A DNA stretch of 64,000 nt from Octopus sinensis. Taxonomy: Eukaryota. Made by a program: the position numbers and the translations under genes. Positions 25,703-37,639 of this stretch are shown here, one piece after another. Each line of letters begins with the position of its first letter. Within the stretch, counting starts at the first letter, position 1. Under the pieces are notes generated by a model, which searched no databases, was not told where the DNA came from, and saw only the letters and a list, made by a program, of their open reading frames with translations. The stretch lies in assembly GCF_006345805.1 (NCBI RefSeq), contig NC_043015.1, positions 30,814,001-30,878,000 of the forward strand, given 5' to 3'.

Positions 25703-26056
25703 CCGAGGGCCTAAAGATTGCTTGGAGACACAAGGCATGTTATAAAAAAACTGCATAGAACCGCATCTCCAAAGCAAGAAGCTCGTAAAAGATTAAAAGA
25801 AACTTATCTCGCACAGGATGGAGAACTTTTTTTCGTTCATCTTATCTTAACGGAACAGTAAATGGCGAAGAGCGGATATCTTCACTCAGCTGGGTTGCGG
25901 CAGGAATATCAGGTGCAAATTACACCTGCACAGAGTTTTGATATTCAATTAATATTATTTGGGTGTGCTGATTATACCGATCTAACAAGGTGCCTCAATT
26001 TAAGTCCCTAATTCAACGGAAACTTAATGTTATATATATATTTTATATATATATAT

Positions 26057-26247
26057 GAATCTTTTCAATCTGATGGCCTTTTAAAAAATTTTTTCTTTTA
26101 ACTAAACACTTTGAAACTTAGGATACTGGTAGAATGTGTCACATAAAACAGGGTTTACTCTTAACGTTTTTAGAAGTTATTTCATGTTAAAGTTGTATTT
26201 GGGCTAGAAATTGTGTTGAAAACTGCCGTTCAAAAGGAAAAGATCCT
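26057..26247. mobile_element. Short MITE related to family B
   Basis: GAATCTTTTC...CTGCCGTTCAAAAGGAAAAGATCC, sitting inside a (TA)n tract. Confidence 0.65.
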
Positions 26248-26265
26248 ATATATATATATATATAT

Positions 26266-26312
<47 letters not shown>

Positions 26313-26314
<2 letters not shown>

Positions 26315-26490
26315 CTGTTGTGTTTGGGGAGAGTCATTTTCTTTTTGTGCCTTATAATTTAACACAGTCAGCGGTAAAATTTCCACTTATTTCCTATTTT
26401 CATTTTCCTAAAATTTTCAAAAGAAAATGACTCTCCCCAGTCACAACAGAATATGCTTCAACACACGAACTTACTTAAAGAATCTTGCAA
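26313..26490. mobile_element. Second fold-back copy of the 14880-15194 repeat
   Basis: 31-bp arms at 26315-26345 and 26419-26449. Each side extends into opposite orientations of the same repeat. Confidence 0.75.
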
Positions 26491-27089
26491 ACCAAATCCA
26501 AAAACGAAATATATATATATATATATTGAGTGGTGTGTTTGAAAGTTTATTTCGTCTGAACACTATCAACGAAGAAAACAATGTTCATACACACTTATTC
26601 AGTCATTCAGTTTTGCAATAAGTTTTTTTCCTTTGGAGAAATACAGAAATGCATTGATACAATTGCACTATTATCAGGCATCACCTTAAAATATCGACTA
26701 CTTTTTACTATTAAAGGGTTCCGTACGTGTACAATGTATGGGATACGTAGAGTAATCTCTGGAGTTTAATTTCTTTTTCGCTTTCGTTTCAAGACAAAGG
26801 TTTATAATCCAGTACACATACGTACATCATAGACACAACATATATAATTATACATGTGTGTGTAATCACGAATTTAGCAAATATAAAATTAAGGAGCTTT
26901 TTATGATTATGGTTCTGCTTGGAGCATGACACATTGCGATGGGAAATGCTAAATTCTAAGTTTTTCTCATGATCCTAGCTGAATTAATGGATGATCCGGA
27001 AAAAAAGTCGGTGGAGCACTCACAAAATGATACGTGCAAAGTATTTTACCTACGTTCTTTTATTAGGTTCTGGACTTAAAACCTACCGG

Positions 27090-27430
27090 TTATAAGTCAG
27101 GAACATGTTTCGGGGGCAGATAAAATGTTCTTCTTATCATTCTTGTTGCTGTTGAGCGAACGGTCTTCGTCCCAGAGCTCGCAAGATGGGAGAAGTCCGA
27201 AACGTGGTCCTTTGCTATTCGTAAGACCCGCAGAAGAGAAAGCAGGTCAACTCCCTGACACCGAGAGCATCGACGGATGGATGAATGCGCATCCAGGCTC
27301 AGCGGTTGCGTAGGAAGTCGGGGACAAGAAAGAGTGAGAGAAAGTCGGAGTGAAAGAGTACAACTGGGGTCGCCACTCCCACCCCCTGCCGGAGCCTTGT
27401 GGTGCTTTAGGTGTTCCTGTTGCTGCCTCT
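27090..27430 (-). mobile_element. Retroelement segment sharing the middle domain of SINE family 3
   Basis: ACACCTAAAGCACCACAAGGCTCCGGCAGGGGGTGG...TGTACTCTTTCA matches 52505-52580, but both flanks differ. Confidence 0.65.
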
Positions 27431-28489
27431 TTAGCAACATCAGTCTCATCCATGCAAACCTACGTTCAGAGTCATTCTAGTTGTGGCGGTCTCGTCTTTT
27501 CATACCAAGTACACTATGAAGTGAGTGACTTCTTTTTCTGTTGTTGTTTTTTGATGATGATGATGATGGCGACGAGGAGGAGGAGGAGTTTTTTGTGAGT
27601 TCAAAAACTGCCTACATCAAACAGTCTGGACATGTTACATTTTCTTCCCTGTCCAATCTAGTTTTGTATGCCTGTTGCTGAGCAGACACCTATGCTTAAT
27701 ATCGTTCTAGCCATGATTTTGGTTTATTTCGTATCACATTATATCTGATCTGTCCATTTTCTTTTCTAAAACCGGTAATGTGTAACTTGAACTATTTTGA
27801 GAATGTCTACCAATCAGGTGGTACCTCGTATCACTGACTCACCTGCAAATTCTGACAAAGACCACGGCAGATGTCTATAGATATGTTTGGAGACTTCTTA
27901 AGAGACACTTCAGGGATGGCGAGAATATTGATATTGTTATGGTAAAGTATCCAGAGGCGTGCGCTGACGAACCCATTTTTTCTGACATAGTTATTATGAC
28001 TACACTATCCAATTTGTCATTTCTTGTTGTTGCTGTTCTTGTTTAATTCTAAGCTTTGTTCCAGCAATTGTACAATCAAATATATTCTCAATCTAGTCAG
28101 CCCTCGTCTGTCCTGTGCACTAACCAAATTGGCTGTCCCACCCGTAAATATGACGTGCTTTCAACTACAGCAAACACTATTTTATAAAGTGGCCCGTTTG
28201 GTGTAGGCCGCTCTACCCACGTTACATAACTGAATGTATCATATTTTATTTCTCTTTTGTAGCACCTTTTCCATTTATAGGTCAACTGGGTGGAGCGGAG
28301 GCAAGTTTTAAGAACAGAGTTTGGGAATTGAGTTATATAAGGGTGACAGGATAGAAGAAATGTGGATGCATCGGCAGTGTTTGAGTGACTTAGAATGAAA
28401 CAAGAAAAGCAGTAAGGAACAACATTGGATGATATAGTCATAAATATACTGTTTGAATAAAATAAGGGATTGTCACGCTTGGAACGACT

Positions 28490-28857
28490 CTTTTACTCTT
28501 TTACTTGTTTCAGTAATTTGACTGCGGCCATGCTGGAGCATCGCCTTTAGTCGAGCAACTCGACCCCAGGATTTATTCTTTGGAAGCCTAGTACTTATTC
28601 TATCGGGTTCTTTTGCCGAACTGCTAAGTTACGGGGACGTAAACACACCAGTATCGGTTGTCAAGCGATGTTGGGGTGACAAACACAGACACACAAACAT
28701 ATGCACACACATACGTATATATATACGACGGGCTTCTTTCAGTTTCCGTCTACCAAATGCGCTCACAAGGCTTTGGTCGGTCCGAGGCTATAGTAGAAGA
28801 CACTTGCCCAAGGTGCCACGCATGGCCGCAGTCAAATGACTAAAACAAGTAAAAGAG

Positions 28858-28858
<1 letters not shown>
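28490..28858 (-). mobile_element. SINE family 1, head truncated, with a short inverted tail piece
   Basis: Matches consensus, then flips to CATGGCCGCAGTCAAATGACTAAAACAAGTAAAAGAGT at ~28821. Confidence 0.8.
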
Positions 28859-28893
<35 letters not shown>

Positions 28894-29809
28894 TCATAGT
28901 ATTGACGCAACTCATTAACTGAAAGAAAATAAAAATTAAAATATTTAAGATAACATCACATATCGTACATAGACACACGCTCACACACACTATATATATA
29001 TATATATATATATAATAGACACTACACCTGTATACACCCATATTCTACATACTATATACTCTACACGCACACACATCCGTACTCTACATATTACACACAT
29101 AACATAACCTACATAGCTACGCATACACATACATAGCATTACATCTACATCAGTCAGACATTGGCTTCGACGTCAGCCAGACGAACGTAACTTATTTCAT
29201 GTTGTTTTTTTTAAAATCATCTGTGGTATGTGTACATGTAGTATGTAATGTGTATGTCTGTGTGTCCTGTAAGGTGTGTTTGTGTATTAGGTGTGTGCAT
29301 AGTTATGTATATGGTGTTCTGAGATGTGTATTTTCACGCGTGTGTATTTGTGTGTGAATCTGAGTGTGTATACGTGTCTGCATGCACCAGAGGTTGCTCA
29401 TTCATACATCTTTATTCACCCATTCAGTTCCAATATTCGATCACTCATTCATTTAGTCATTCTATCATGTAGTCTCCATTCATTCATTCTCTCATTCTCT
29501 CATTCATTTATGAACGCAATCATTCGTTCATTTATCAGACTCACTCATTCTCTCATGCAATGGTTAATTTTTATCTGGTATGGTGTAATTGTGTGTAAAT
29601 GTACTCCCTTCACAGTAGAGGTCTCGATTTGTGGGGGGGGGGGGTGTCTTGTTATGGACCATTTTGCATATTTTGACATGCACTGGTTAACTGTATGTTG
29701 TATTATGTAACAGCGTAAGGTATATGGCATTCTCTTCAGTGCCCAATGTTTCCGTATATTTTTTGCTGTTCTTGAACTTATGGTCAATGTCAGACTTCGG
29801 CAGATATTG

Positions 29810-30018
29810 TTTTCACTTCAATAGACGTCATTGATTGGTTGAAATTGCCGAAAATTAGGAAATTAAAGAGGAAATAGCTTACAAACTACAGAATTTTCTC
29901 AAGAAAGCCAAGAGAAAAAGATGTTTTATAAACACATTCTACCAGTATACGAAGTTTGAAAGTGTTTAGTTACAAAGAAATTATTTAAAAAATCTGCCGG
30001 TCAAAGCGAAAAGATCCC
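29810..30018. mobile_element. MITE family B, one-ended fragment
   Basis: Matches 21110-21322. Confidence 0.85.
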
Positions 30019-30624
30019 AAAGACGTTCCAAATATTGTACCAAAAACTAAATTATCCAGTATGTCCATATGCTTTTTCAGGATAATAGAACGTGATTTCA
30101 GAGAAATTTGTTTGCTATTTCTAGTAAATGGAGTGAACAGACATCGGCTTACATTGTTGGTTCATTTGTAGGTGCATAGATAATAGGGGTGACCACATCA
30201 GAGTCGAACAAGATTACCTTCGCTCGACCGTGACATTTGCTTCTTATCTGCACTTTCCGTTTGGTGTACATCTTCGTACCGCGTCTGAGAGCAGTGTCCA
30301 TTGACGTCTACAATTGGATATTTTCTGAATCGGCCTTTATTGAGCAAACGATTGAGTCATGGAGACTTGAACCATAGATTTCGTTAGACGTAGCATACCA
30401 TCCCAGTAAATCATGAAGCTCATCTGCTGCTATTCTCTTCCACTTCTGTATTAACCATGCCGAATAGGTTTGTAAAGTTATTGGCCAAACATCTAGAATA
30501 TCCAATCGATTTTACTTACGATTAAACCAATTATATATAGACACAGACATCATCTTAAATATACCAGTGATCTGCTTTGGTATATAGACAATAGGTTTTG
30601 AATTCATACCATAAAGGGAATACC

Positions 30625-30802
30625 TATTTCTTTACTACCGACAAGGGGCTAAACATAGAGGGGACAAACAAGGACAGACAAACGGATTAAGTCGATTATA
30701 TCGACCCCAGAGCGTAACTGGTACTTATTTAATCGACCTCGAAAGGATGAAAGGCAAAGTCGACCTCGGAGGAATTTGAACTCAGAACGTAACGGCAGAC
30801 GC
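30625..30802 (-). mobile_element. SINE family 2, 5'-truncated
   Basis: Matches the family consensus. Confidence 0.85.
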
Positions 30803-31399
30803 GCAAACCATTTGTTTGTTGCTCTACCAATTATAACCCCTACACACTGCTTTTCTAATATTACTAAAACTGAGATAACGAGAGTGTGTCTGTGGTCTCT
30901 AGAAATAGACACTAAATCTTTATCAAATTACAAAAAAGAAGGAAACGTTGGGTAATGCAGATCTTGATGTACTTATGATGTCTGACAAAAAATTATGGAA
31001 CATTCGCTATTCACAAAGCAACAACAAAATGTTTAATATCCACGTCTGTTGTTTCACTCCAAATATATTTCTTTGAAGACTGGGTCTTCGCATTTGCTTG
31101 TGACTAATATTTCAGAGTATAACGTCTGTTTATTTCACTTCAATTTTGTTTTCCACTGTCCAAAACACAAAGACATCGCAATTGGGAGGTGTCAACCGAC
31201 TCAATTCACCTCGCTTATATTGATGTCTATAAATAAATCCCGTCTCCTAAAAGAAAAAAAAAAGGATAAAGATGGAGAAAGACAGAACGACAACGAATGA
31301 GAATAAAATCTAAGAAAAACTGGCTTTTTTCACACAAAAAGGTCACTGGCTTTCCTTCCGTTTTATCATCCTATTTCAATTGAATGACTCATTATATCT

Positions 31400-33055
31400 C
31401 TCTTTTTAATCTCTATCTCTCCCTCTTACTTATCAGTCTTTCTCTTTTTACATTCTCTCTCTCTCTCTCTAATTCAACCTGTCCCTCATAAGTCTAACAT
31501 ATATATTTCTCTTTCTGCTTCCCTAAAGTCTTACTCGACATCTCTAACCCTCACTCTATTTTCTCTGTCCTTTTCTTACTCTCTCTCTCACTCCTTTTTC
31601 TATTTCTCACTCAACATCTCTTGTTTTTTTTTTCTTTCTCCCTATCAATTCAATGTTTATCATATTTCGTCTCCTCTCTTTCTTACCACTCCTCCTTACT
31701 TCCATGTCTGTCTATTACATATTTTTTCTCTTCCCTTCATTACTAACCTACATTTCAACGTTATTTTCTCTCTCTCTCTCTCTTACTTCCTCTTTGGCAC
31801 TTCTATCTTTCTACCATCTTTCTCTCTTTCTCTCTCTCTCTCTTATTTCCTCTTTGGCACTTCTATCTTTCTCTCTTACTTCCATCTTTCTCTCACTCTC
31901 TCTCTCTCTTGCTTCCATCTTTCTCTCACTCTCTCACTCACTCTCACTCTGTCTCTCTCTTACTTCCTCTTCGGCACTTCTATCTTTCTACCATCTTTCT
32001 CTCACTCACTCACTCACTGTCTCTCTCACTCTCTTACTTCCTCTTTGGCACTTCCATCTTTCTACCATCTTTTTATCTTTTTCTTTCACCACTTCCTCCA
32101 TTCATTTTTCTCTTTCCCTTGATTTTCTTACACGTTTATTTCTTTCATCTCTCTCACAGACTGTATATCATTTCTTCCCTCTCTTTGCTCTTCCACTCTC
32201 TATCTCTCTACCTCTCACACACTTCTCCCTCTGTACTCATTTCTCTTCTTTCTTTTTCACCTACTTTTTTTCCTTCATCTTTTTCTCTCTCATTTAATTC
32301 ACTTTAATATCGTTCTTTTTCATCAGTTCTATTCACTTCCTCGTCTTTAACTCTAACTCATCCATTTATCCGTTCCTCTAACTCCTTCGTTCATTAAGTC
32401 TATCATTTAATAACAATATGTATCAGTTTTTCTTTAAATTCCTATACACTCAGTTTTTTCAGTCTCTCATACATATTGACTTACCTCTCCCTCCCCTTCT
32501 CATCCATACATTCAATTACCCCTCCCTCACTCACTCACTCCCTTTCATATATTCATCCTTCTTCTCTCTCATCTATACTAGCGATCTCTCCTCCTTTCCC
32601 TCCACTGCCTCTGCTACTCTTTCAGTTATGCTCAGTCACTTTATTCCTCTCACACTCTTACTCCTTCATTGAATCTTCTCTCTTTCTCTCTCCCTCTCTC
32701 TCTCTCTCACATTCATATATTTATACACTGTCGTTTCTCTCCCTTTCTCTCTCTCACATTCATATATTTATACACTGTCGTTTCTCTCTCTCCCTCTCTC
32801 ACACACACATATATTTATACACTGTCGTTTCTCTCTCTCCCTCACTCTCACACTTATTCATATATTTATACACTATCGTTTCTCTCCCTCTCTCTCACAC
32901 ACATTCATATATTTATACACTGTCGTTTCTCTCTCTCCCTCCCCCTCTCTCTTTCTCTCTCTCCTTCTCTCTTTCTCTCTCCCTCACTCTCACACACATT
33001 CATATATTTATACACTGTCGTTTCTCTCTCTCTCCCTCCTCCTCTCTCTCCCCCA
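31400..33055. repeat. CT-rich low-complexity block with two embedded minisatellites
   Basis: CTT(A)CTTCCTCTTTGGCACTTCTATCTTTC x4 (31780-32070) and CATATATTTATACACTGTCGTTTCTCTC x6 (32705-33030). Confidence 0.9.
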
Positions 33056-35540
33056 ATATTAAAACAGTCTTCACCAACCTCCTACTCCTCTTCCAAACGT
33101 CAGCCGACATTATTAAAGTGAGTCATAAGCACTTTATAGTCGTCTGTATCGTCTGCTGAGACGGCCATCATCTCCTCCCTTCCATTGCTGCTGTTGCCGC
33201 TTTGAGAATGCTGCATCTTTTCTTTTACTGCAGAAGCAGCTGTTTCAAGTTGTGGCTGTTGTTGCTGCTGTAGTATCTGCAGCTGGAGCCAGCCGTCATT
33301 GCTGCTATTCTGAGTGACTGCTCTTATGGTAGTCGTCATTGTCTAACAGCTGCTGCTGTCGATGCTGCTGTTGCTGCTACCATTGTTACTGTCTACGTCT
33401 GGCAATGCTGCTGCCATTGCTGCTGCTCGTCTGAGATTATCTTATCGGGCTGTTTTCACAATTTTCTTCCTTTGCCAGTGATTTCTCATTCACTCCAATT
33501 GTCATTTTATCTGTTTTTCACCTCAGCCGATTCCATGAATCACTCACGCCTTCTAATCACAAACCTCGGTCGGTTTTTTTTTTCTTTATCACTTTCTGAC
33601 ACTCTCCTCCAAAATTTTTTTTATCTATTGATCTCTGTATTTATTTTCTGACCTTCGTATACTTGGTTACTCATCCCTCCAATTATTTGTCTATGACCAT
33701 GCCCGAGTGTCTCTATCTTTTCTATATCTCGTTATCCATCACATCCATCTCTACGCCACCCCACCCCACCATCACTTCCGTTTGACCTAAGTAGAGACAG
33801 TCATCCAATATGGAACAATAATGGACGGTGTTAGGGACTGAATGAAATCAGAACATAACTCATTCACTCCACAGTCAACATTTATTTTACATCTTCGACT
33901 TCCTCTTCCTCTTCTCCCAATATTTCGTGTTGACACATTAACATTTATTTAGGGCTCAGATTGCAATTGTTTGACCTAAGTTGTCTGGTCGCTTTAGGAC
34001 AAAAACACACAGTCCAAACGAAAATAGTCTTAAGCCAATATTTAGCAACACTCCAGGATGTTCATGAAAAAAAAAAAATCTATAAAATGTCTTTTTTAGA
34101 ATGTTAGAGAAAGATTAATGCTTCCAACACTTTTCAGACTTGCCCAGATCTGGTTGGAATGCTTGCAACAGAGTGAACTCTACCTTAAAGAGACTGAAGA
34201 ACTAGGTAGAGATGTTGTCTCAGGTCAGCCCTGATCCCTTGGAGCTATAATCAAAGACATTCCAACCATGACATTGTCATCTTTTCCCTCAAATAGTGCA
34301 CCCATGACCATGTTATCTAATGTCTTCTTTTGTAAATGGTAGTGTGATTTGAAGGAGATTTAGCTCTGAAGCCTAGCCAGTCAGGTATTTTTCTTGGCTT
34401 ATCAGGTGTTGTTCTTCTTTAACCTCAGATCAGCTCTGATCAAGTGGATCTATGATTAAACCACTTTAAAGCCATATTGATCTCAACTTATTTTCAGACA
34501 ATCTATTCAGAACGACAGTATTCAATGTTTCTTTTTTTTGTTTGTTTTTAAGAGATGGCAAAGAATTTGACTGCTCTCTCCAGCTATGTGGAGCCCCATC
34601 CTTGCCCACCTCATCATCAGATTTCTTACCACTGCTTTTGAAGCAGAGTTGATGGTGTTAAGATGGGTGACATTAAGCATTAGTGTCACCATGAATTAAT
34701 TTATACTTTTTTACTTGTTTCAATCATTTGACTGTGGCCATGCTGGAGCACTGCCTTTCAGCCCCAGGACTTTTTTTGTAAGCCTAGTACTTATTCTATT
34801 GGTCTTTTTTGCCGAACCACTAAGTTACAGGGATGTAACTGACAGTTTTTTTTCTGTGAAACAAATGAGATACTTGTGAAGGAAGTTAGTTACTAACCAT
34901 AATGTGACACTTCATGTTAGGCAGATGAAGTATATATCCACCAAGGAGTAAATAGCTGACAGGCTATCTGTTTAAATAAGTGTGATACTTGGAGACTAGT
35001 AATTTGTTTGGCCAAAGAAGAAGAAAAGGGCAGGAGCGGTGTTGTGTATTCAGTAAAATGATTGCCTGGCAAGCAATAGATATGGCATTCCTATCTTGTC
35101 AAAGGGCCTGCTATTTTACTAAACCAAATTTTTGCTGCTCTTGAATTTTCATTGTTGTTGTTGTTGTTGCTGTTCCTACATGCAGAAGTGTGGTCGGAAG
35201 CAGAAGTAGAGGAGCTTATAAGTATTTTCCTATTTTCTGATAATATGTATAATGTCAAGTGGTCTGCTTTGTGGAAGTTTTAATTAGGTCCTAGTAAAAA
35301 TTTTTTCCTTTTTTTTTTTGGCTCTCTTATGAAGTTTCATTTGAATAAAATGATGCCTTCTTCTTGTTCTTGTAGTTGTTGTTATTGCTGCAGCTGCAGT
35401 GACAAAAAGAGAAATGTGAGTGGCAACACAACCAGCAGCAGAAGTAGCTGAGGTTGTGCATCTGGCATTGGCGATGACCTGATATTTGATTCTGGCCATC
35501 AACAAGAACAGTCTGAGCAGTGTCTTCTATAGAAGACTAT

Positions 35541-35962
35541 ACTCTTTACTCTCTTTTACTCTTTTACTTCTTTCAGTCATTTGACTGCGGCCATGCTGGA
35601 GCACCGCCTTTAGTCGAGCAAATCGACCCCGGGACTTATTCTTTTGGAAGCCCAGTACTTATTCTATTGGTCTCTTTTGCCGAACCGCTAAGTGATGGGG
35701 ACGTAAACACACCAGCATTGGTTGTCAAGCAATGCTAGGGGGGCCAAACACAGCCACACAAACACACACACACACACATATATATATATACATATATACG
35801 ACAGGCTTCTTTCAGTTTCCGTCTACCAAATCCACTCACAAGACTTTGATCAGCCCAAGGCTATAGTAGAAGACACTTGCCCAAGATGCCACGCAGTGGG
35901 ACTGAACCCGGAACCATGTGGTTGGTTAGCAAGCTACTTACCACACAGCCACTCATGCACCT
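35541..35962 (-). mobile_element. SINE family 1, full length
   Basis: Collinear with 2701-3095. Confidence 0.9.
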
Positions 35963-36293
35963 ATGGATAACTTTCTTGACATGACAGTGCTACAAGAAGG
36001 CATTACTGTTTGAGAGAAGCTCAACGGGTATGGAAGCACCAATAACAGAACCTGTGCATACAGAGGAATGAAACTGTCCTGCATGTCATCATTCAGTTGT
36101 GTTAGTGACTTGTAGGATGAATCCGGCTGTCTGCTGAGTCTATGGTGAAGACTGACCTGCTGCCTTCGTTTTGCAGAGAAGGAATGATAATCTTTTTCTA
36201 CTTGATGTCTGTGGCAAAAAAAAGTTTGTGTAGAGGACTTGTCTGAAAGATTAGAAGACAGACATTTTCCTATCTAACCAAACTCTCATCAAC

Positions 36294-36341
<48 letters not shown>

Positions 36342-36687
36342 CGATGGGCTTCTTCCAGTTTCCGTCTGCCAAATCCATTCACAAGGCTTTGGTCGGCCTG
36401 AGACTATAGCATTAGATACTTGCCCAAAGTGCCATGCAGTGGGACTGAACCCATGACCATGTGGTTGGTAAGCAAGCTACTTACCACACAGCCGCTCCTG
36501 GGCCTATCGGAATTTTTTCTTGAAATTATTGTTGGAATTTTATTTTTATGCCTTTTCATTTAAATATCTTTCTTTATAGCTTTAATTGTTGCTGATTTAT
36601 TTTGCTCAATGTAAACCTCACTTTTAATGCGTTGTATTTTGTCTGTTTATATTCTCCACAATACCTTGAGCACTTGTGACCAATTAA

Positions 36688-37131
36688 CCCTTTTGTTACC
36701 AACCTGGCTGAAACCGGCTCTGGCTCTGAGTACAAATGTCTTGTTTTCAAAGGTCCTGAATTAAAATCTTCCACCAAACTTTAGTCACAATTTATGTTCC
36801 TAACACTAGCTGAATGATAACTAAGTTATTTTGCTAAATTCTTTGTTATATTTAACCCTTTAGCATTCAAACCGGGTATATCTGGCCAAAATATTCTACC
36901 TGTTTTATGTTGAAGCTAGCCAAATTCAACCTCTCACACCTACCCTACAAATGTTAATCTAAAAATAAACAATCTCATCCTCAAAATTTCAAAGCTACAA
37001 GATAAATACATGACTGAATTTTTAAAATGTGAATAAATAAACATCACTTGACAAAGTAATCTGAACGCTAAAGGGTTGAAGTAATTGAAAGAAGCTCAGA
37101 GCATCTCAAAATAAATACAGTAACAAAAGGG
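36688..37131. mobile_element. piggyBac-like MITE (family C) with TTAA TSD, carrying a nested MITE
   Basis: TTAA|CCCTTTTGTTAC ... GTAACAAAAGGG|TTAA. Uninterrupted relatives lie at 38930-39145 and 44725-44910. Confidence 0.9.
36856..37075. mobile_element. piggyBac-like MITE (family D) nested in family C
   Basis: TTAA|CCCTTTAGCATTCA ... TGAACGCTAAAGGG|TTGA. A free copy at 43021-43240 has TTAA on both sides. Confidence 0.9.
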
Positions 37132-37536
37132 TTAAAGAAATCATTGTCATCATCATCAGCCTCATCATCATTGTTGTTCTTTCTAATGATGGTCACTTGT
37201 GGATTGCTTTCTTCATTGTTTGCTTGTTTATTCCGTTGTTTATTTTACCAAAGCTTGGAAAGATCAAAGAGAAAGAGTAGGATTTGAACACAGAATGTTG
37301 AGAACCATAACTAAATATTGCTAAATATTTTATCCTGCACTTAATACGGTTTACCTTTAAGGAAAAGCTGATTGTAAACAGCAACAGCCCTATCTGTTCC
37401 TGACCCTATGAAGAACTATGGTGCGTTTAAAATATGCACTAATGTTAGCAAATCAAGGATTGGCAACTTAGATAAGGTTAAGACATTCCAGTTATGGTGA
37501 ATTGGTACTCTTATCTTTGCTTTGTAATCTCCACAG

Positions 37537-37639
37537 TCTCGGAGATAACAGCTGGAACTCGGGCGGTTTATCAAAATTTAGAAACATTTCCAAAATTTTT
37601 TGATATAGAGGAGAAAGAGAGAAAGAGTCTGAGGGGGAA
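37537..37639 (+). CDS. Candidate internal coding exon, product unknown
   Basis: Acceptor CTCTTATCTTTGCTTTGTAATCTCCACAG and donor GTAAGT. One open frame (V)SEITAGTRAVYQNLETFPKFFDIEEKERKSLRG, while the other two frames have stops. No family recognised. Confidence 0.35.

Noticed and set aside
32705-33030. CRISPR-like array of a 28-bp repeat with variable spacers
   Set aside because: The spacers are CT/CA microsatellite slippage, the context is eukaryotic and there are no cas genes. This is a minisatellite.
31653-33159. Long hydrophobic L/S/F ORFs resembling membrane proteins
   Set aside because: The CT-rich tract lacks stop codons, and the composition is purely low complexity.
35178-35283. EVWSEAEVEELISIF, reminiscent of a Myb/SANT first helix
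   Set aside because: Only about 15 residues match a loose pattern, the frame stops soon after and there is no convincing donor.
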